Below are positions 63,674-64,000 of a stretch of 64,000 nucleotides of DNA, piece after piece. Position numbers and translations under genes: made by a program. This DNA comes from Deltaproteobacteria bacterium (GTDB lineage: Bacteria > Myxococcota_A > UBA9160 > SMWR01), in contig JAQBHB010000041.1 of the NCBI GenBank assembly GCA_032128115.1, positions 164,851-228,850 of the forward strand, in the 5' to 3' direction. The notes under the pieces are model-generated. The model did no database searches. It was given only the letters and a program-made list of their open reading frames with translations, and was not told the DNA's origin. Each line of letters opens with the position of its first letter. Position 1 is the stretch's first letter.

Positions 63674-64000
63674 CTACGAGTTCATGCTCTCCAGGAACTC
63701 TGCGTTGCTATCCGTCGCCTTGATCTTCTCCAGCAGGAATTCCATCGAGTCCACCGGGTTCAGCGGAGACAGCACCTTGCGCAGGATGTACATGCGACTG
63801 AGCGTGGCCTCGGGAAGCAACAGCTCCTCGCGCCGCGTCGCCGACCGGTTGAGGTCGATGGCCGGGTAGGTGCGACGGTCGGAGAGCTTGCGATCGAGCA
63901 CGATCTCCGCGTTGCCGGTGCCCTTGAACTCCTCGAAGATCACCTCGTCCATGCGCGAGCCCGTGTCGATCAGGGCCGTGCCGATGATGGTGAGGCTCCC
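63674..64000 (-). CDS. rho: Transcription termination factor Rho, C-terminal part
   Basis: [53 protein letters not shown]. Confidence 0.93.
   Translation of the reverse strand, partial: GSLTIIGTALIDTGSRMDEVIFEEFKGTGNAEIVLDRKLSDRRTYPAIDLNRSATRREELLLPEATLSRMYILRKVLSPLNPVDSMEFLLEKIKATDSNAEFLESMNS

Overview
High-GC bacterial chromosome segment, probably Myxococcota or a related Deltaproteobacteria-like lineage (inferred from gene order and protein types). The right end (about 52-64 kb) is a minus-strand housekeeping block: rho(partial)-prfA-prmC-murA-hisD-hisB-hisH-lipoprotein-hisF-rpsU-dnaG-rpoD. A tRNA(CAT, probably Ile2) lies at 49669-49742. The left end holds glcDEF, a TPR-zincin and a C4 zinc-ribbon gene. 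Between the tRNA and the zinc-ribbon gene is about 43 kb of accessory modules. These include several GT-C-like membrane glycosyltransferases and a Thr-type sulfatase-like lipoprotein; a sulfur-assimilation operon (sulfite reductase with HEPN-like tail, unknown-domain/rhodanese fusion, DUF4202, cysteine synthase); a tiny 8-Cys secreted peptide coupled to a 6TM K+ channel; pqiAABC; a DUF2092 plus Gly/Gln-rich secreted protein pair; a GT4-GH130-GT4 cassette; nnrS; an acyl-CoA dehydrogenase; a glycogen operon using a eukaryote-type GT3 synthase; and decayed gene fragments beside the tRNA. No CRISPR, integrase, transposase or rRNA was seen. Single-base insertions in G/C homopolymers (hisB, one K+ channel) may be assembly errors. 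All family calls come from motif recognition by eye; no database searches were run.
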